64,000 bases of DNA from a virus. Positions 1-9,797 of the stretch are shown here, piece after piece. The translations under genes were made by a program, and so were the position numbers. The stretch spans positions 32,001 to 96,000 of IMG/VR virus record IMGVR_UViG_3300042397_001782; one strand, 5' to 3'. Below the pieces are notes generated by a model. That model searched no databases. It saw only the letters and a list, made by a program, of their open reading frames with translations, and was not told where the DNA came from. Position 1 is the first letter of the stretch. Each line of letters starts with the position of its first letter.

Positions 1-1179
1 TTTTGTCACTCCCACATTTACCCCCACACTAGGAAGCATTACAAAGGGAGATTTCATAAGTACATCGTTATAATAACTTACATAAGGAGAATATACAATT
101 AAGTTTGTAAACTTAACATCTAGTCTTTTATGTAGTTTTAAATCATACATTCCCCCTGTTATAATAGCTGTACCTATAAAACCCTCTTTAAACACTTTCC
201 CCATAGATAATGTTCCTAAATAGATAAGTTTTAACTTCTTAATCTTTTTAAATGTTTTCATTTGGCCAAAAGCTACAGTGGAATAGGCACTTCCTCCTCC
301 CTCTAAAGAGAATGTTACAGTGCCAGAAGCTATTGTTATATTAGAAGGATTTATCCAAGCATAGAACCCTGTTATATTTGGCCCCGCCTGTGCAGATGTG
401 TAATCAAATAATATTCCTGATGAGCACGCCCCATCCCATCTCATAGAAGTGTAACCTCCTGTCCCTTTAACTCCTAAAGGTTTCTCAGAATCTTTAAAGC
501 TAAATCCTACAAAATCAGATGAAGCTACAATAGCGGGTTTCCCCCCTTCTTTACTTCCAGGTTTATTGGCTTTGCCTCCTCCACCACTAGACCCTCCTGC
601 TCCTCTCACAGAGTTGGTACCTCCTGCTGAAATATTTGTGCTACCTCCAGAAGCTTCTTCAGATGAAGATCCTCCACTAGGTGCACCACTACTTGTAGAA
701 CCTACACCCCCTAAGTTACCCCCTGACTCTGTAGATACAGAAGGTCCTTCTCCCATTGAACTTGAGCTTGGCATTATAGAAGATGCTATATTTGCTGACA
801 TACTAGATGTAGCTGAACCAACAGTTTCTGCAATGTTTGATATAGAGTTTATAATTCCTACAGTGTTAAGCACTTGTCCTTGTCCAATATTCATAACTGT
901 GGGAGTACCAATAGCCTCTCCACAAGGTGAACTGTTTTTAAATTTATTGAATAAATTATCTGACCATGTTTGAAACGCACCTGAAACAAAATCATAGTAT
1001 GTGAAATTTTCTGTGTTTCCATAATAGGAAACTTTTGTACTCCCATTAATGGGGACACTAATAGTTTTAGCTACTTGTGTACAAGGGTCAGTATATTGAT
1101 AGGAATAGGTTTGAGAGTAAACAAAAGTGTTTACATTTAATAAGAGTAATAAAGCTATTAGTTTATTTATTAAAGACAC
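1..1179 (-). CDS. Secreted/outer-membrane protein (signal peptide, Gly/Ser linker, probable C-terminal beta-barrel); runs off the window edge
   Basis: Not in the ORF track. Manual translation from GTG at 1179 gives an open frame to position 1: (V)SLINKLIALLLLLNVNTFVYSQTYSYQYTDPCTQ..., a GS-rich linker, then amphipathic strands such as MLPSVGVNVGVTK. Confidence 0.75.
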   Translation of the reverse strand, partial: MSLINKLIALLLLLNVNTFVYSQTYSYQYTDPCTQVAKTISVPINGSTKVSYYGNTENFTYYDFVSGAFQTWSDNLFNKFKNSSPCGEAIGTPTVMNIGQGQVLNTVGIINSISNIAETVGSATSSMSANIASSIMPSSSSMGEGPSVSTESGGNLGGVGSTSSGAPSGGSSSEEASGGSTNISAGGTNSVRGAGGSSGGGGKANKPGSKEGGKPAIVASSDFVGFSFKDSEKPLGVKGTGGYTSMRWDGACSSGILFDYTSAQAGPNITGFYAWINPSNITIASGTVTFSLEGGGSAYSTVAFGQMKTFKKIKKLKLIYLGTLSMGKVFKEGFIGTAIITGGMYDLKLHKRLDVKFTNLIVYSPYVSYYNDVLMKSPFVMLPSVGVNVGVTK

Positions 1180-1867
1180 CTTTTTTAATTAATCTCGTTA
1201 TAACCCTAGATGCTGCGGTTTCAAGAGATTTCTTGGTGGTGATTCCTATAGTGGATTGATTAAATTTAATATCATCAACATCTGCAAGGATGGAAGATTT
1301 TTTAACAGTATTAGCTTCTCCTAATCCTGAACCCACTATGATTTCTCCTGTAGTAGCATCTACAAATTTACATTGCAATCCCAACCTAGTTGTTTGAGTT
1401 GCCTCTGCTTTGCCATTCATTTTTACCACTTCATCTTCTGATACAGAAAAATCATATACTTCAATATAAACAAAGTAGTTAGCTAATAATACATTACCAA
1501 ACACTTCCATCTTATTTGAAGAGATTCCTTTTCTAGATGCTTTATCCTGAGAAATCATTTTATTTTTAATCTCTGCTTTATCTTCAGTGATTACAAAACG
1601 GTTTGTATTTAAGAAATATTCAGTGACAATGTTGGTTACACCAAGCCCCACTTTCTTTTCTTTAAGTTCAGGATAAGATTCGTATAATTCTTCATTAAAC
1701 CCTATTTTAAGAATAGAAATAGGAATTTGCAATGTATCATCATAATCTGATACAACTGCCAAACTCTGTTTCTTTTCAAAATCAGCTACATAAGCTTCTG
1801 TTTTAATAGAACCTATTTGAGAGAAAGCAAAAAGAGGTAAAAAGATTAGACTACCAAGGACTTTCAT
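1163..1867 (-). CDS. csgG: CsgG-like (curli assembly/transport family) protein
   Basis: Signal peptide; GLGVTNIVTEYFLNTNRFVITE, ANYFVYIEVYDF and LQCKFVDATTGEII match the CsgG family pattern. Confidence 0.7.
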   Translation of the reverse strand: MKVLGSLIFLPLFAFSQIGSIKTEAYVADFEKKQSLAVVSDYDDTLQIPISILKIGFNEELYESYPELKEKKVGLGVTNIVTEYFLNTNRFVITEDKAEIKNKMISQDKASRKGISSNKMEVFGNVLLANYFVYIEVYDFSVSEDEVVKMNGKAEATQTTRLGLQCKFVDATTGEIIVGSGLGEANTVKKSSILADVDDIKFNQSTIGITTKKSLETAASRVITRLIKKGVFNK

Positions 1868-2150
1868 CTTCAGCTTTTTCTTTTTTAGCGGGCTTCTCTA
1901 CAACTCTTTCTTTAATGATTGTAGTAGGAGCTGCACTTTGCTTTTGTTGATTAGTGTTTTCAATATTCACTACAATTGGCGCCACAGGAGATGCTGTTTC
2001 AGTTTTAGCTTCTTCCTTGTGCTCAGTTTCTCCCCCAAACAAATGTGTAGAAGCCCACACACCTGCTGCTGTAACTAATGTACCTATTGCTCCAATAATA
2101 GTTTTTTTCAAACTATCCATAGAACCATCATTTTGAATTTCTTCTGACAT
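1851..2150 (-). CDS. Small single-TM membrane protein in the csgG cluster
   Basis: Hydrophobic IIGAIGTLVTAAGVWAS; overlaps the csgG start. Confidence 0.7.
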   Translation of the reverse strand: MSEEIQNDGSMDSLKKTIIGAIGTLVTAAGVWASTHLFGGETEHKEEAKTETASPVAPIVVNIENTNQQKQSAAPTTIIKERVVEKPAKKEKAEDESPW

Positions 2151-2161
2151 AATATTTATTT

Positions 2162-4081
2162 TTATTGCTTAATAATTTTTGATACTAATACTCCTTTATT
2201 ATTTAGGAGTAATTTTGCTGTATAAACTCCTGCTGATAAGTTTCCTAAATCTGCTCTATAAGTGAATTGCCCTTTAGCAACAAGTTCGTCTAACACTTTA
2301 ATACGCAAACTTCCCAACATATCATATACCGCCAATGTGGCATTTGTGCTTTCTTCTACATTAAAAACAATATCTATAATTCCAGTTGTAGGATTTGGAT
2401 AAACTTCCATAGTGTTAGCATCTATAATTCTACCAATATTAGTGGGAGACATTTTTCTAACTTGTATAATATTATGACTAGGAGTTATAGATAAATCTTT
2501 TGAGGTAAAGTTTCCTGCAAATTTATTAGAGGTGAATAGAGGACTCACACCCCAATCTGCTTGTGGTTTCAAAGCTATAAATTGGAAAGTGATTATTTCA
2601 TCTCCATTTTTTAAAGCATTGTTATTAGTGGTAGGATCATAGCCTCCCCAAGATATTTCTCCTTCATTAGGGTTCACATAAGTAATCCATTTTTGAGCAT
2701 TTGCACTTGAATAGATTCCTTTGAAAGATAATAAGCTACTATCATATTTCAATCCAAATTGCAAAGCTAATACACTAACACTATCTGACTTTAAACTTAC
2801 AGGAATGCTAACCATATTTCCTTCGTTAACATTTAACTTAGGAATAGTTAATTCAATATTATTTGTTGGGAAGTCATATTCCACTCTAGTGTCAATAACT
2901 CTATGAGTTTGTGGGTCTAAGTCTTGCGGACCATTTATAAGGATTTCCATTGGAGTTGTTCTAGCCATATTGTATCCCGTAGAGTTGGCATCTCCAGGAA
3001 CCACTACATAATATGTAACCGAGTCAGGTTGTCCTGGTAATATATCAAAGTAAAAATTAGTTACACCTGAAATAGTTGATGTATAGTTTGTTGTAGGCGT
3101 TCCTGTAATTGTAGCATATTCTGCTGCTGTAAAGAATTTAATATCTTTTACATTATTAGACCAACTTGTTATTCTTCCTGCCACTCTTCCAAATACTCCA
3201 AAAGCATCCGCCACTGTAATATTAGAGTTTCCATTTACATCCGCTGTATAGAAATCAAAATCTTTCGGAGTACCAACTCCTAACACCCATTGGTTAATCA
3301 ATTGAGCGTCTGTTGTAGATACTACATTACCTACACCCATTGTATCTCCTTTAACAGCCAATCTAACATCCCAGAATGTTGTATCTAATATTTCTGAGAA
3401 TGAGAATTTACCTGATGTATTAGTTTTATAAGAGTTTACTTGAGTCCAAGATGACCCTGCTTTAGGCTTCTTTTCTAAAGATAAAGTTAAATTTTTAGCT
3501 CCAGTTCCATTCACATTTGCGAATGTACCTTTGAAGCTAAGTTTCGGTCTTTTGAATTCTCCATTATAACTGTATAGTCCTAAAGTTGTGTCCATCCCTG
3601 CTTGTGTAGAAGCATATTGTGGAAAGGTAGATACTCCTGAAAATTTCAAAGAGTCTATAAAAGTTAAATTATTAAAAATAGATGGAGCAGCATGTGTAAG
3701 AGTAAGTTCAAAAGTCTCTCCATTAGCAAGGGAATAAGCACTACTATTACCTGTATAAATTAATGTTATAGTTGAAAATCCATTTATAGAATCCGTTACA
3801 TATTGTAAATCAAGATTGGTTGTACTTCCCACTAAGCTAACCACTGAGTTTTTAAAAGCAACTTTGTCATAAAAAACTCTGAATTGCACACCTGTTACTT
3901 TTGTAGTGGTGGTATTTTTTAATGTAACTCTTGCTTTTGTAAATCCTTGTGTAGTTGTTCCTACATTATAAGCGGTGTCAATTAATGCCCATATTCCGCT
4001 GGAAGGTGCTGCTGGACCTGTCTGTCCATAAATGTTCATACAAGCTAACAAGCTTATAATCAATAATTTAAGTGTTTTCAT
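2162..4081 (-). CDS. Secreted cohesin + dockerin-like protein with T9SS C-terminal sorting domain
   Basis: Signal peptide; two cohesin-like segments (VTGVQFRVFYD; VSIPVSL..VLALQFGLKYDSSLLSF); dockerin/EF-hand-like STTDAQLINQWVLG...ADVNGNSNITVADA; T9SS CTD VYPNPTTG...VYDMLG...LSAGVY...KIIKQ. Confidence 0.8.
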   Translation of the reverse strand: MKTLKLLIISLLACMNIYGQTGPAAPSSGIWALIDTAYNVGTTTQGFTKARVTLKNTTTTKVTGVQFRVFYDKVAFKNSVVSLVGSTTNLDLQYVTDSINGFSTITLIYTGNSSAYSLANGETFELTLTHAAPSIFNNLTFIDSLKFSGVSTFPQYASTQAGMDTTLGLYSYNGEFKRPKLSFKGTFANVNGTGAKNLTLSLEKKPKAGSSWTQVNSYKTNTSGKFSFSEILDTTFWDVRLAVKGDTMGVGNVVSTTDAQLINQWVLGVGTPKDFDFYTADVNGNSNITVADAFGVFGRVAGRITSWSNNVKDIKFFTAAEYATITGTPTTNYTSTISGVTNFYFDILPGQPDSVTYYVVVPGDANSTGYNMARTTPMEILINGPQDLDPQTHRVIDTRVEYDFPTNNIELTIPKLNVNEGNMVSIPVSLKSDSVSVLALQFGLKYDSSLLSFKGIYSSANAQKWITYVNPNEGEISWGGYDPTTNNNALKNGDEIITFQFIALKPQADWGVSPLFTSNKFAGNFTSKDLSITPSHNIIQVRKMSPTNIGRIIDANTMEVYPNPTTGIIDIVFNVEESTNATLAVYDMLGSLRIKVLDELVAKGQFTYRADLGNLSAGVYTAKLLLNNKGVLVSKIIKQ

Positions 4082-4107
4082 TTTATAGATTTGTAATTTA
4101 GTAACTA

Positions 4108-4115
4108 CAAAAATA
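4108..4115 (-). promoter_or_regulatory. Bacteroidetes sigma-A -7 element (TATTTTTG)
   Basis: Matches TAnnTTTG, intergenic, just upstream of the 4081 start. Confidence 0.55.
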
Positions 4116-4146
4116 TAAAAAAATTTTAATTTTATTTGAGATTATT

Positions 4147-4395
4147 TTAATCAAATAGTTCTTCTGTGTTAATATTATGTTTAGATAAAATATATTGTAT
4201 TTTTTCAAAAACAATCTCTAAAGCACCATATTTATCAATATCTTCTTTACTATCAAGTTCAAACTCTAATTTTTTTTTAGTGTTATATATTAATTCAAAC
4301 AAAGCAGATGCCATAGCAGAACTTGCAACAGCTTGTTTAAAATCCCTATAATCATCAGGATCACTTAAATCGTAATCTATTCTTGCTTTTGCCAT
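4147..4395 (-). CDS. Hypothetical phage protein
   Basis: Co-oriented ORF with tight packing. Confidence 0.7.
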   Translation of the reverse strand: MAKARIDYDLSDPDDYRDFKQAVASSAMASALFELIYNTKKKLEFELDSKEDIDKYGALEIVFEKIQYILSKHNINTEELFD

Positions 4396-4401
4396 AATTT
4401 T

Positions 4402-4971
4402 TTATTTAATATTAGTATATAAAATTGTACTACTGTCTTTATTCACTTTGCATTTATAAAATATATCTTGGTGGGTTATGAATTGGTTAGTATTAAAGGG
4501 CCTTGTAATAATATGTGCCCCATTAGGTGTAGGTATCTCTGCTATAATATTTTTACCTCCAGGTTCACAATCATTAATTGCCTTTTGAATTTTAATAATA
4601 TCATTATCAGATACATCTTTAAAATCTATATCTATTATCCAATGCTCAAAATTAGATTTTAAGTTGTCGATAGATTCCTCAATTAATAAAGAGTAGTTTA
4701 ATTCTTGCTTCTCTAATTTTTTAGACAAGGTTTCTATTATTTTATATCCTAGTTTTTCTTTAGAATAAGAGCCTAGTTTAATATATACACTAGCATCTAA
4801 ATAATCCGCAATACGTTTCATTTCATCGTAATTAGCCATTAAATTTTGCAAACTATCTACCATGTAATGCTTAATTACTTTATTATTAGAGTTTTGTATG
4901 ACAAGTATTTCATAAAAACTACTATTTTGAAATACTAATAAAGGAATTATTTTTTTTAAATTGTCTTTCAT
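4402..4971 (-). CDS. Conserved phage protein with AEP/prim-pol-like motifs
   Basis: WIIDID and IPTPNGAHIIT resemble AEP motifs I and II. Confidence 0.5.
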   Translation of the reverse strand: MKDNLKKIIPLLVFQNSSFYEILVIQNSNNKVIKHYMVDSLQNLMANYDEMKRIADYLDASVYIKLGSYSKEKLGYKIIETLSKKLEKQELNYSLLIEESIDNLKSNFEHWIIDIDFKDVSDNDIIKIQKAINDCEPGGKNIIAEIPTPNGAHIITRPFNTNQFITHQDIFYKCKVNKDSSTILYTNIK

Positions 4972-4972
4972 G

Positions 4973-5284
4973 TTAAATAAGAGTTAAAATGTATGAAGAT
5001 ATTTTATATCCTGTAAAGGCACCTAATGCTGAAGGATAGGGGAATACCACTAATTTGCCTAAATCTGTAACGTATTTTGGCCTATTAATAATTTTGCTTA
5101 AAAATGTATAATAAACTATATAAGACCCCAAGACAGCAATATCAGATTTAGTAGAGACAAATACTATTATTATAGACCCTAGAAAGCCCCAAATAAAGTT
5201 ATCTCTGACTCCTTCCCATATTTCCTGTCTTGTAGCGTCTTTGTATTCTTTTACAATCCTATTTAGTGATTGTTTTTTTCTCAT
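4973..5284 (-). CDS. Small multi-TM membrane protein
   Basis: Hydrophobic segments; probable start MRKKQ at 5284. Confidence 0.65.
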   Translation of the reverse strand: MRKKQSLNRIVKEYKDATRQEIWEGVRDNFIWGFLGSIIIVFVSTKSDIAVLGSYIVYYTFLSKIINRPKYVTDLGKLVVFPYPSALGAFTGYKISSYILTLI

Positions 5285-5504
5285 TTTTAGGAGTTTTTGG
5301 TTTAACCACTGGTTTTGTTTTAACCTCATCTAAAGCGGTCTGAAGTTTATCCAAATCTTTTAAGGTGTCTTCAAAAAATGTAACTGATTCTAGTAGATAT
5401 TCTTTGTATTCTTTGTTAATCCTTTTATATTCTTTTTGTAGAATGTAAATTGTCACCATCCCTAGTATGTTAGCGGCCAATAATATGTATTCAAGTGTGG
5501 TCAT
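5259..5504 (-). CDS. Small protein with N-terminal TM helix
   Basis: YILLAANILGMVTIYIL; TAnnTTTG element at 5527-5534 upstream. Confidence 0.65.
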   Translation of the reverse strand: MTTLEYILLAANILGMVTIYILQKEYKRINKEYKEYLLESVTFFEDTLKDLDKLQTALDEVKTKPVVKPKTPKNEKKTITK

Positions 5505-5594
5505 AATAAATAATTTTAATTTTATGCAAATATACTGGTTTTTTAATAAACAATGGTGATTAATTTTTTTAGCTTTGAAATTTTATTTAGTTTA

Positions 5595-6038
5595 TTAAAA
5601 TCCTGTGCTGCCAAATCCCCCATCTCCTCTTTCAGTTGTAGGTAATTCATCCACTTCTTCAAATTCTATTTTAGGGTAAGGCATGATTATCAATTGCCCT
5701 ATTCTTTCTCCCACCTCATACATTGATTTTGCTTTTTCGTTTCCATTAGGCATTTTCATAGTAGGCTTGAACTTGAATTTTATTTCTCCAACGTATTGCG
5801 AATCTATAACTCCTACGGAATTTGTCAATGATTGTGTCACCTTGCAAATACTACTTCTTGGGAATATAAGCCCAACGTGCCCTTCTGGGATTTTTATAGC
5901 TAAGTCTGTTCCATACTCGTAATTTCCGAACTCATCAATAGTTAAGCTTGTAGCGGTTAAATCCATTCCTGCGTCTCCTGGCTTTCCGTAAGCTGGTATC
6001 ACCGCAAGTTCACTCAATTTTTTTATTTTTACTATCAT
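5595..6038 (-). CDS. dut: Trimeric dUTPase
   Basis: AGMDL, PRSS, GVIDSQYVGEI, RIGQL, RGDGGFGSTG motifs. Confidence 0.97.
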   Translation of the reverse strand: MIVKIKKLSELAVIPAYGKPGDAGMDLTATSLTIDEFGNYEYGTDLAIKIPEGHVGLIFPRSSICKVTQSLTNSVGVIDSQYVGEIKFKFKPTMKMPNGNEKAKSMYEVGERIGQLIIMPYPKIEFEEVDELPTTERGDGGFGSTGF

Positions 6039-6043
6039 TTTTA

Positions 6044-7048
6044 TTAATTTTTATTTGTTAAAATAACCTTGTCTCTTGAAAATTTTTCTTTTATAACTTC
6101 CTTTAAAGAATCTACTCCTAAATCTTTGATAACATCAGAAGGATCTGTTTGTGCCCAATAAGAAGGGTTGTTGATATATTTCAATCTATTATCAATCTCT
6201 AGGGTTAATAGTCTTGAAAATCTCTTGCCCGCTTCGTCATTGTTGAGGTATACGAAAACATGGTCAAACTTGCTGAATAGTTCTTCAATTATAGGAAGTA
6301 GTATTTTGTAGCTATTTTCACTTGGAAGATTAAATGCATCATATCCTAAAGAATCTAAGCACATAGTGTCCTTTAAAGAAGAAGTGATAAAGCATACATT
6401 TGTTTTGTATTCAAGTTGTGGGTAGCCCTCTAGCACTGCTTTAATTGTTCTCCACTTTTGCATAGGAATACCTAGTGGATTATATACTTTAAAAAGCTGA
6501 TTATTTTGGTAGTATCCGAATATAGGATTATATTCACTACTAGAATAGTTTAGTACTCCGTTTCGTAAAACAAACTTTACAGGGCATACATCATATTTTT
6601 TTAATGTAGCTTCTGTAATACCAAATTTTTTCCAGTAATCAATATCTTCCTTTGCAAAGAAGTTTTTCTTTATTACAGAATAATTTATCTTCTCGGCTAC
6701 TTGTTGAGTGTATTTATCTTTATTTACAGAAGAAGAAAGGGGTGTTACTGCCACCCCTTTGTTTTCTCCTGAAAAACCTCCCTTCACTCTATCCGTGTAC
6801 TTTAAATCATAATTTATTTTTGTAATAGCTTCTTTATTTGTTAAGTTATACTTTTGCGATACAAAAGAAATACAGTCAGAATGTGTAGGATGATGTGCCC
6901 AATCTATAAATAAAATCTTATCATTGATAACTTTAAAATAGCATTTAGGGCTTTTATCATGCCTTAGCGGATTACTATAAGTACCCTTACTTTCCCAACT
7001 TCCAAAGTAATTTCTCCATATATCGCTCTGTTGATCTAAAGTGAACAT
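6044..7048 (-). CDS. DNA primase (crAss-like, TOPRIM)
   Basis: NPLRHDKSPKC N-terminal region; ITSSLKDTMCL, PSEN, YLNNDEAGK and DPSD TOPRIM-like motifs. Confidence 0.8.
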   Translation of the reverse strand: MFTLDQQSDIWRNYFGSWESKGTYSNPLRHDKSPKCYFKVINDKILFIDWAHHPTHSDCISFVSQKYNLTNKEAITKINYDLKYTDRVKGGFSGENKGVAVTPLSSSVNKDKYTQQVAEKINYSVIKKNFFAKEDIDYWKKFGITEATLKKYDVCPVKFVLRNGVLNYSSSEYNPIFGYYQNNQLFKVYNPLGIPMQKWRTIKAVLEGYPQLEYKTNVCFITSSLKDTMCLDSLGYDAFNLPSENSYKILLPIIEELFSKFDHVFVYLNNDEAGKRFSRLLTLEIDNRLKYINNPSYWAQTDPSDVIKDLGVDSLKEVIKEKFSRDKVILTNKN

Positions 7049-7057
7049 AATTATTGA

Positions 7058-7906
7058 TTAAAAAGGAAGTGCATCATCAAATGCCATATTATTTGACGAG
7101 GAAGCCATTGTTTCTTCAGTGCCTTCTGCCATCAATTCATTTGGGTCAAATTCTTGGAAGTTAGATGTGATTGGGGCAATATTCTTTTTAAATGCAGAAT
7201 ACTCTCCTTTTAGAGCATTGATAATTTTATCAAAGCTTTTAATCCCAGGATAGTCTTTTATGAAAGCTTTGGTATAAATATCCATATCATAATATGTCTT
7301 GCCATTACTTTCACTTGAACGAATACCTACATAAACTTTGATTCCTCTTCCTTCTTCAAATAACGGATTTATGTCAGAATAATCTTGCTTAAACAATTTC
7401 TCTAATGGAAGAAAAATACTTGGAACATCTCCATCTTTCAGAGTGTATTTTGACAACTCAGTTTCCCAGTTTTTCAAGGTTATGAAAAAGTCCACTAAAG
7501 CATCTTCTCCCACCATTGCTTTTCTTTGGTTGTCTCCATAATACCACACTTTGTTTTTATTCATAACAGCAGGGTCTTCATTATAAGAAGTAAGCCCTTG
7601 TCCATTAATGTATTTTTGCTTTCCACTTCTTGAAATATCGGGTCTAGCTTCAAGCCAAAATGTAACCTTTGTTTTTGTGTTTTCAGCTTCAGGAAGAGTT
7701 CCCCAAATATCAATCTTTAATATTCTCACTTGCTTACCATCTATATCTTTTGTAGATAGATATTCAGGGTCTTTTTCCAAATCTTTTCCTAAGAATGAGG
7801 CTAGGGCAGCTTTGTTAGGGTTAATCATACTAGGAATAAAAGTAGATACTCCGTAGAATAGTTTTCTGGTTCCTGAACCAGATGACGTTTTGACATTGTT
7901 GTTCAT
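7058..7906 (-). CDS. Probable single-stranded DNA-binding protein
   Basis: Lies between the ATPase and primase; acidic tail ending DDALPF. Confidence 0.6.
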   Translation of the reverse strand: MNNNVKTSSGSGTRKLFYGVSTFIPSMINPNKAALASFLGKDLEKDPEYLSTKDIDGKQVRILKIDIWGTLPEAENTKTKVTFWLEARPDISRSGKQKYINGQGLTSYNEDPAVMNKNKVWYYGDNQRKAMVGEDALVDFFITLKNWETELSKYTLKDGDVPSIFLPLEKLFKQDYSDINPLFEEGRGIKVYVGIRSSESNGKTYYDMDIYTKAFIKDYPGIKSFDKIINALKGEYSAFKKNIAPITSNFQEFDPNELMAEGTEETMASSSNNMAFDDALPF

Positions 7907-7948
7907 GTTTAAAAAAATTAAAAATTAAAAAATATTGTTTGTGTGTTA

Positions 7949-8680
7949 TTAAATAAAAATCTTGTCCCAATGAGTCTCTAGCTTATCATCATTTATAAGT
8001 TCTGAGATTTCAAACTCCTTGTTTCTAAGGTGCTTACATCTTGTGCCCCCTACAATTTCTTCAGAGTGGATAAATGAAAGCATATTTACATTTGGTTTTT
8101 CTGTATTTCTATACATATACCCAATTGCATCTACTCTTAGAGCAAGTAAATCTTTCAACTTACCTTCAAGATTCAGCTCTTTAATTGTTTGTCCTGAAGT
8201 AGAAATACTTTTATCCGAAACGTGTCCTACAATAATCAACGTATCACAGAATCTTGTAAAGAATTCCATAATTTTGAATAAGGCTTCTCGTTTATAGACT
8301 TGACCTTTTCCATACTCTAGTCTATCAATATCAAAGTCAGCAGCTTCTGATTTACCTGTATCTTTGTTATAGGTTCTCACTGCTAATTGATTCAATAGTT
8401 TCTCTTTCAAAGAAGTCACCGTATCAAGGGTAATAAACTTGTAATGAGGGGTTTCTTTGTGGAAAAGTTTAGCTAATTCATCAAACTGTTGCAGGGAATC
8501 TATGTTAATCCTCATGGATTCATAGAAATCTGCTCCGTGCTCGAAGTTAATAATCAGGTTATCCTCCAACTCACTGAGTGCGTGGGTTTTCCCTGTCTTT
8601 TTCTGGCTAAAAATAACCATAGTTCTTGGATTGACTACTGAAGGGGCAATCTTCCCTGTTGGCAATGTTAAATTACTCAT
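7949..8680 (-). CDS. AAA/Sak4-like P-loop ATPase
   Basis: Walker A SQKKTGKT, Walker B ITLDTVT, IIVGH. Confidence 0.8.
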   Translation of the reverse strand: MSNLTLPTGKIAPSVVNPRTMVIFSQKKTGKTHALSELEDNLIINFEHGADFYESMRINIDSLQQFDELAKLFHKETPHYKFITLDTVTSLKEKLLNQLAVRTYNKDTGKSEAADFDIDRLEYGKGQVYKREALFKIMEFFTRFCDTLIIVGHVSDKSISTSGQTIKELNLEGKLKDLLALRVDAIGYMYRNTEKPNVNMLSFIHSEEIVGGTRCKHLRNKEFEISELINDDKLETHWDKIFI

Positions 8681-9797
8681 CTTTTAAAATTTTTTGTTTA
8701 TAGGTTAATAATTGGTTTAAATTTTGGGTGTCATCATTTTTTGGCATACTGAAAAAACTAAAGCCTTTAGGGTTGAAAAACAAAGGTTCTGCAACTCCTG
8801 TTCTACCGAATCGGTTTTTACAAATATGAATAGTTCTAAAGCATTCTTCAAAGCCATCTACTCTATCAGAAGCTAAAATCGGATACTTATAGTAATTTGT
8901 CATTTTGTGCTTATAAGGAGAAAATAATCCTAAGATAACTTGGTAAGATCTTGCTACCTTTATATTATCTCCTAATTTCTGAGGCTCAGGCTCAAGCTTA
9001 CCTGCTTTATAGTGGTTTAGGTCCCCTGCTGCCATTTGTTGCTGTTGTACACAACATACATGCCATTTCCAATGCTTTGTAACTTGCTTTCTCATATAAG
9101 TATTCACAAGTCTATCTATACATCCTGACAAATCAAGCGACATTCCTAATTCATTTTTTTCTAATTCCAAAATGTTTACGTTATCTATAACTACTGCCAC
9201 TATTTCATTAGGGTCGTTTTGAGTGTAATGACTGTAAATATTAATCACTTTCCCCCCACCCAATTGTTTTTCTTTATAATGGTGCTCACCAATTTCTTTT
9301 GAATACTCTTGACAAGTTTTATAAATACCTGTAGCATGGCCAGTTTGATCGTCAAATTTGGTGAAAGATTTTACAGTGTCGAAATACCTTTGAACAGGAT
9401 CTGATTTTATCATAGCAATTACTTCTTCCGAAATAGGCTCTATCCTGCTTAATAATTCATCTTGTGTACAATGTTTATTGAAATATTTAGAGATGGCATA
9501 TTGTAGTACACTAATATCAAATTCTTCCTCAGACTCTTCTAATCCAAACCATATACATTTATATTTAAAAGACTTAAACGCAGGGTCATCTAAAATATAA
9601 TCAGCAACACTAAATAAATATAAGTACTTGGCCAAAGAAGTTTTACCTACAGAGGTTTCAGCAGTAACACACACAAGTGCCCCTGGAAATATACCACTAA
9701 AGGATTTTCTTGTTCCGTTGAATGGCATAGGAATACTATTAATATGTCCTAGTATTAATGAATCCCTGCTCTCTTCTATTACTTTTAAAATATCCAT
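8673..9797 (-). CDS. dnaB: DnaB-like replicative helicase
   Basis: AETSVGKT, FGLEES, VVIDN, KNRFG. Confidence 0.85.
   Translation of the reverse strand: MDILKVIEESRDSLILGHINSIPMPFNGTRKSFSGIFPGALVCVTAETSVGKTSLAKYLYLFSVADYILDDPAFKSFKYKCIWFGLEESEEEFDISVLQYAISKYFNKHCTQDELLSRIEPISEEVIAMIKSDPVQRYFDTVKSFTKFDDQTGHATGIYKTCQEYSKEIGEHHYKEKQLGGGKVINIYSHYTQNDPNEIVAVVIDNVNILELEKNELGMSLDLSGCIDRLVNTYMRKQVTKHWKWHVCCVQQQQMAAGDLNHYKAGKLEPEPQKLGDNIKVARSYQVILGLFSPYKHKMTNYYKYPILASDRVDGFEECFRTIHICKNRFGRTGVAEPLFFNPKGFSFFSMPKNDDTQNLNQLLTYKQKILKDE

Noticed and set aside
566-973. Pro-rich plus-strand ORF
   Set aside because: It is the antisense shadow of the Gly/Ser linker of the minus-strand gene 1-1179.
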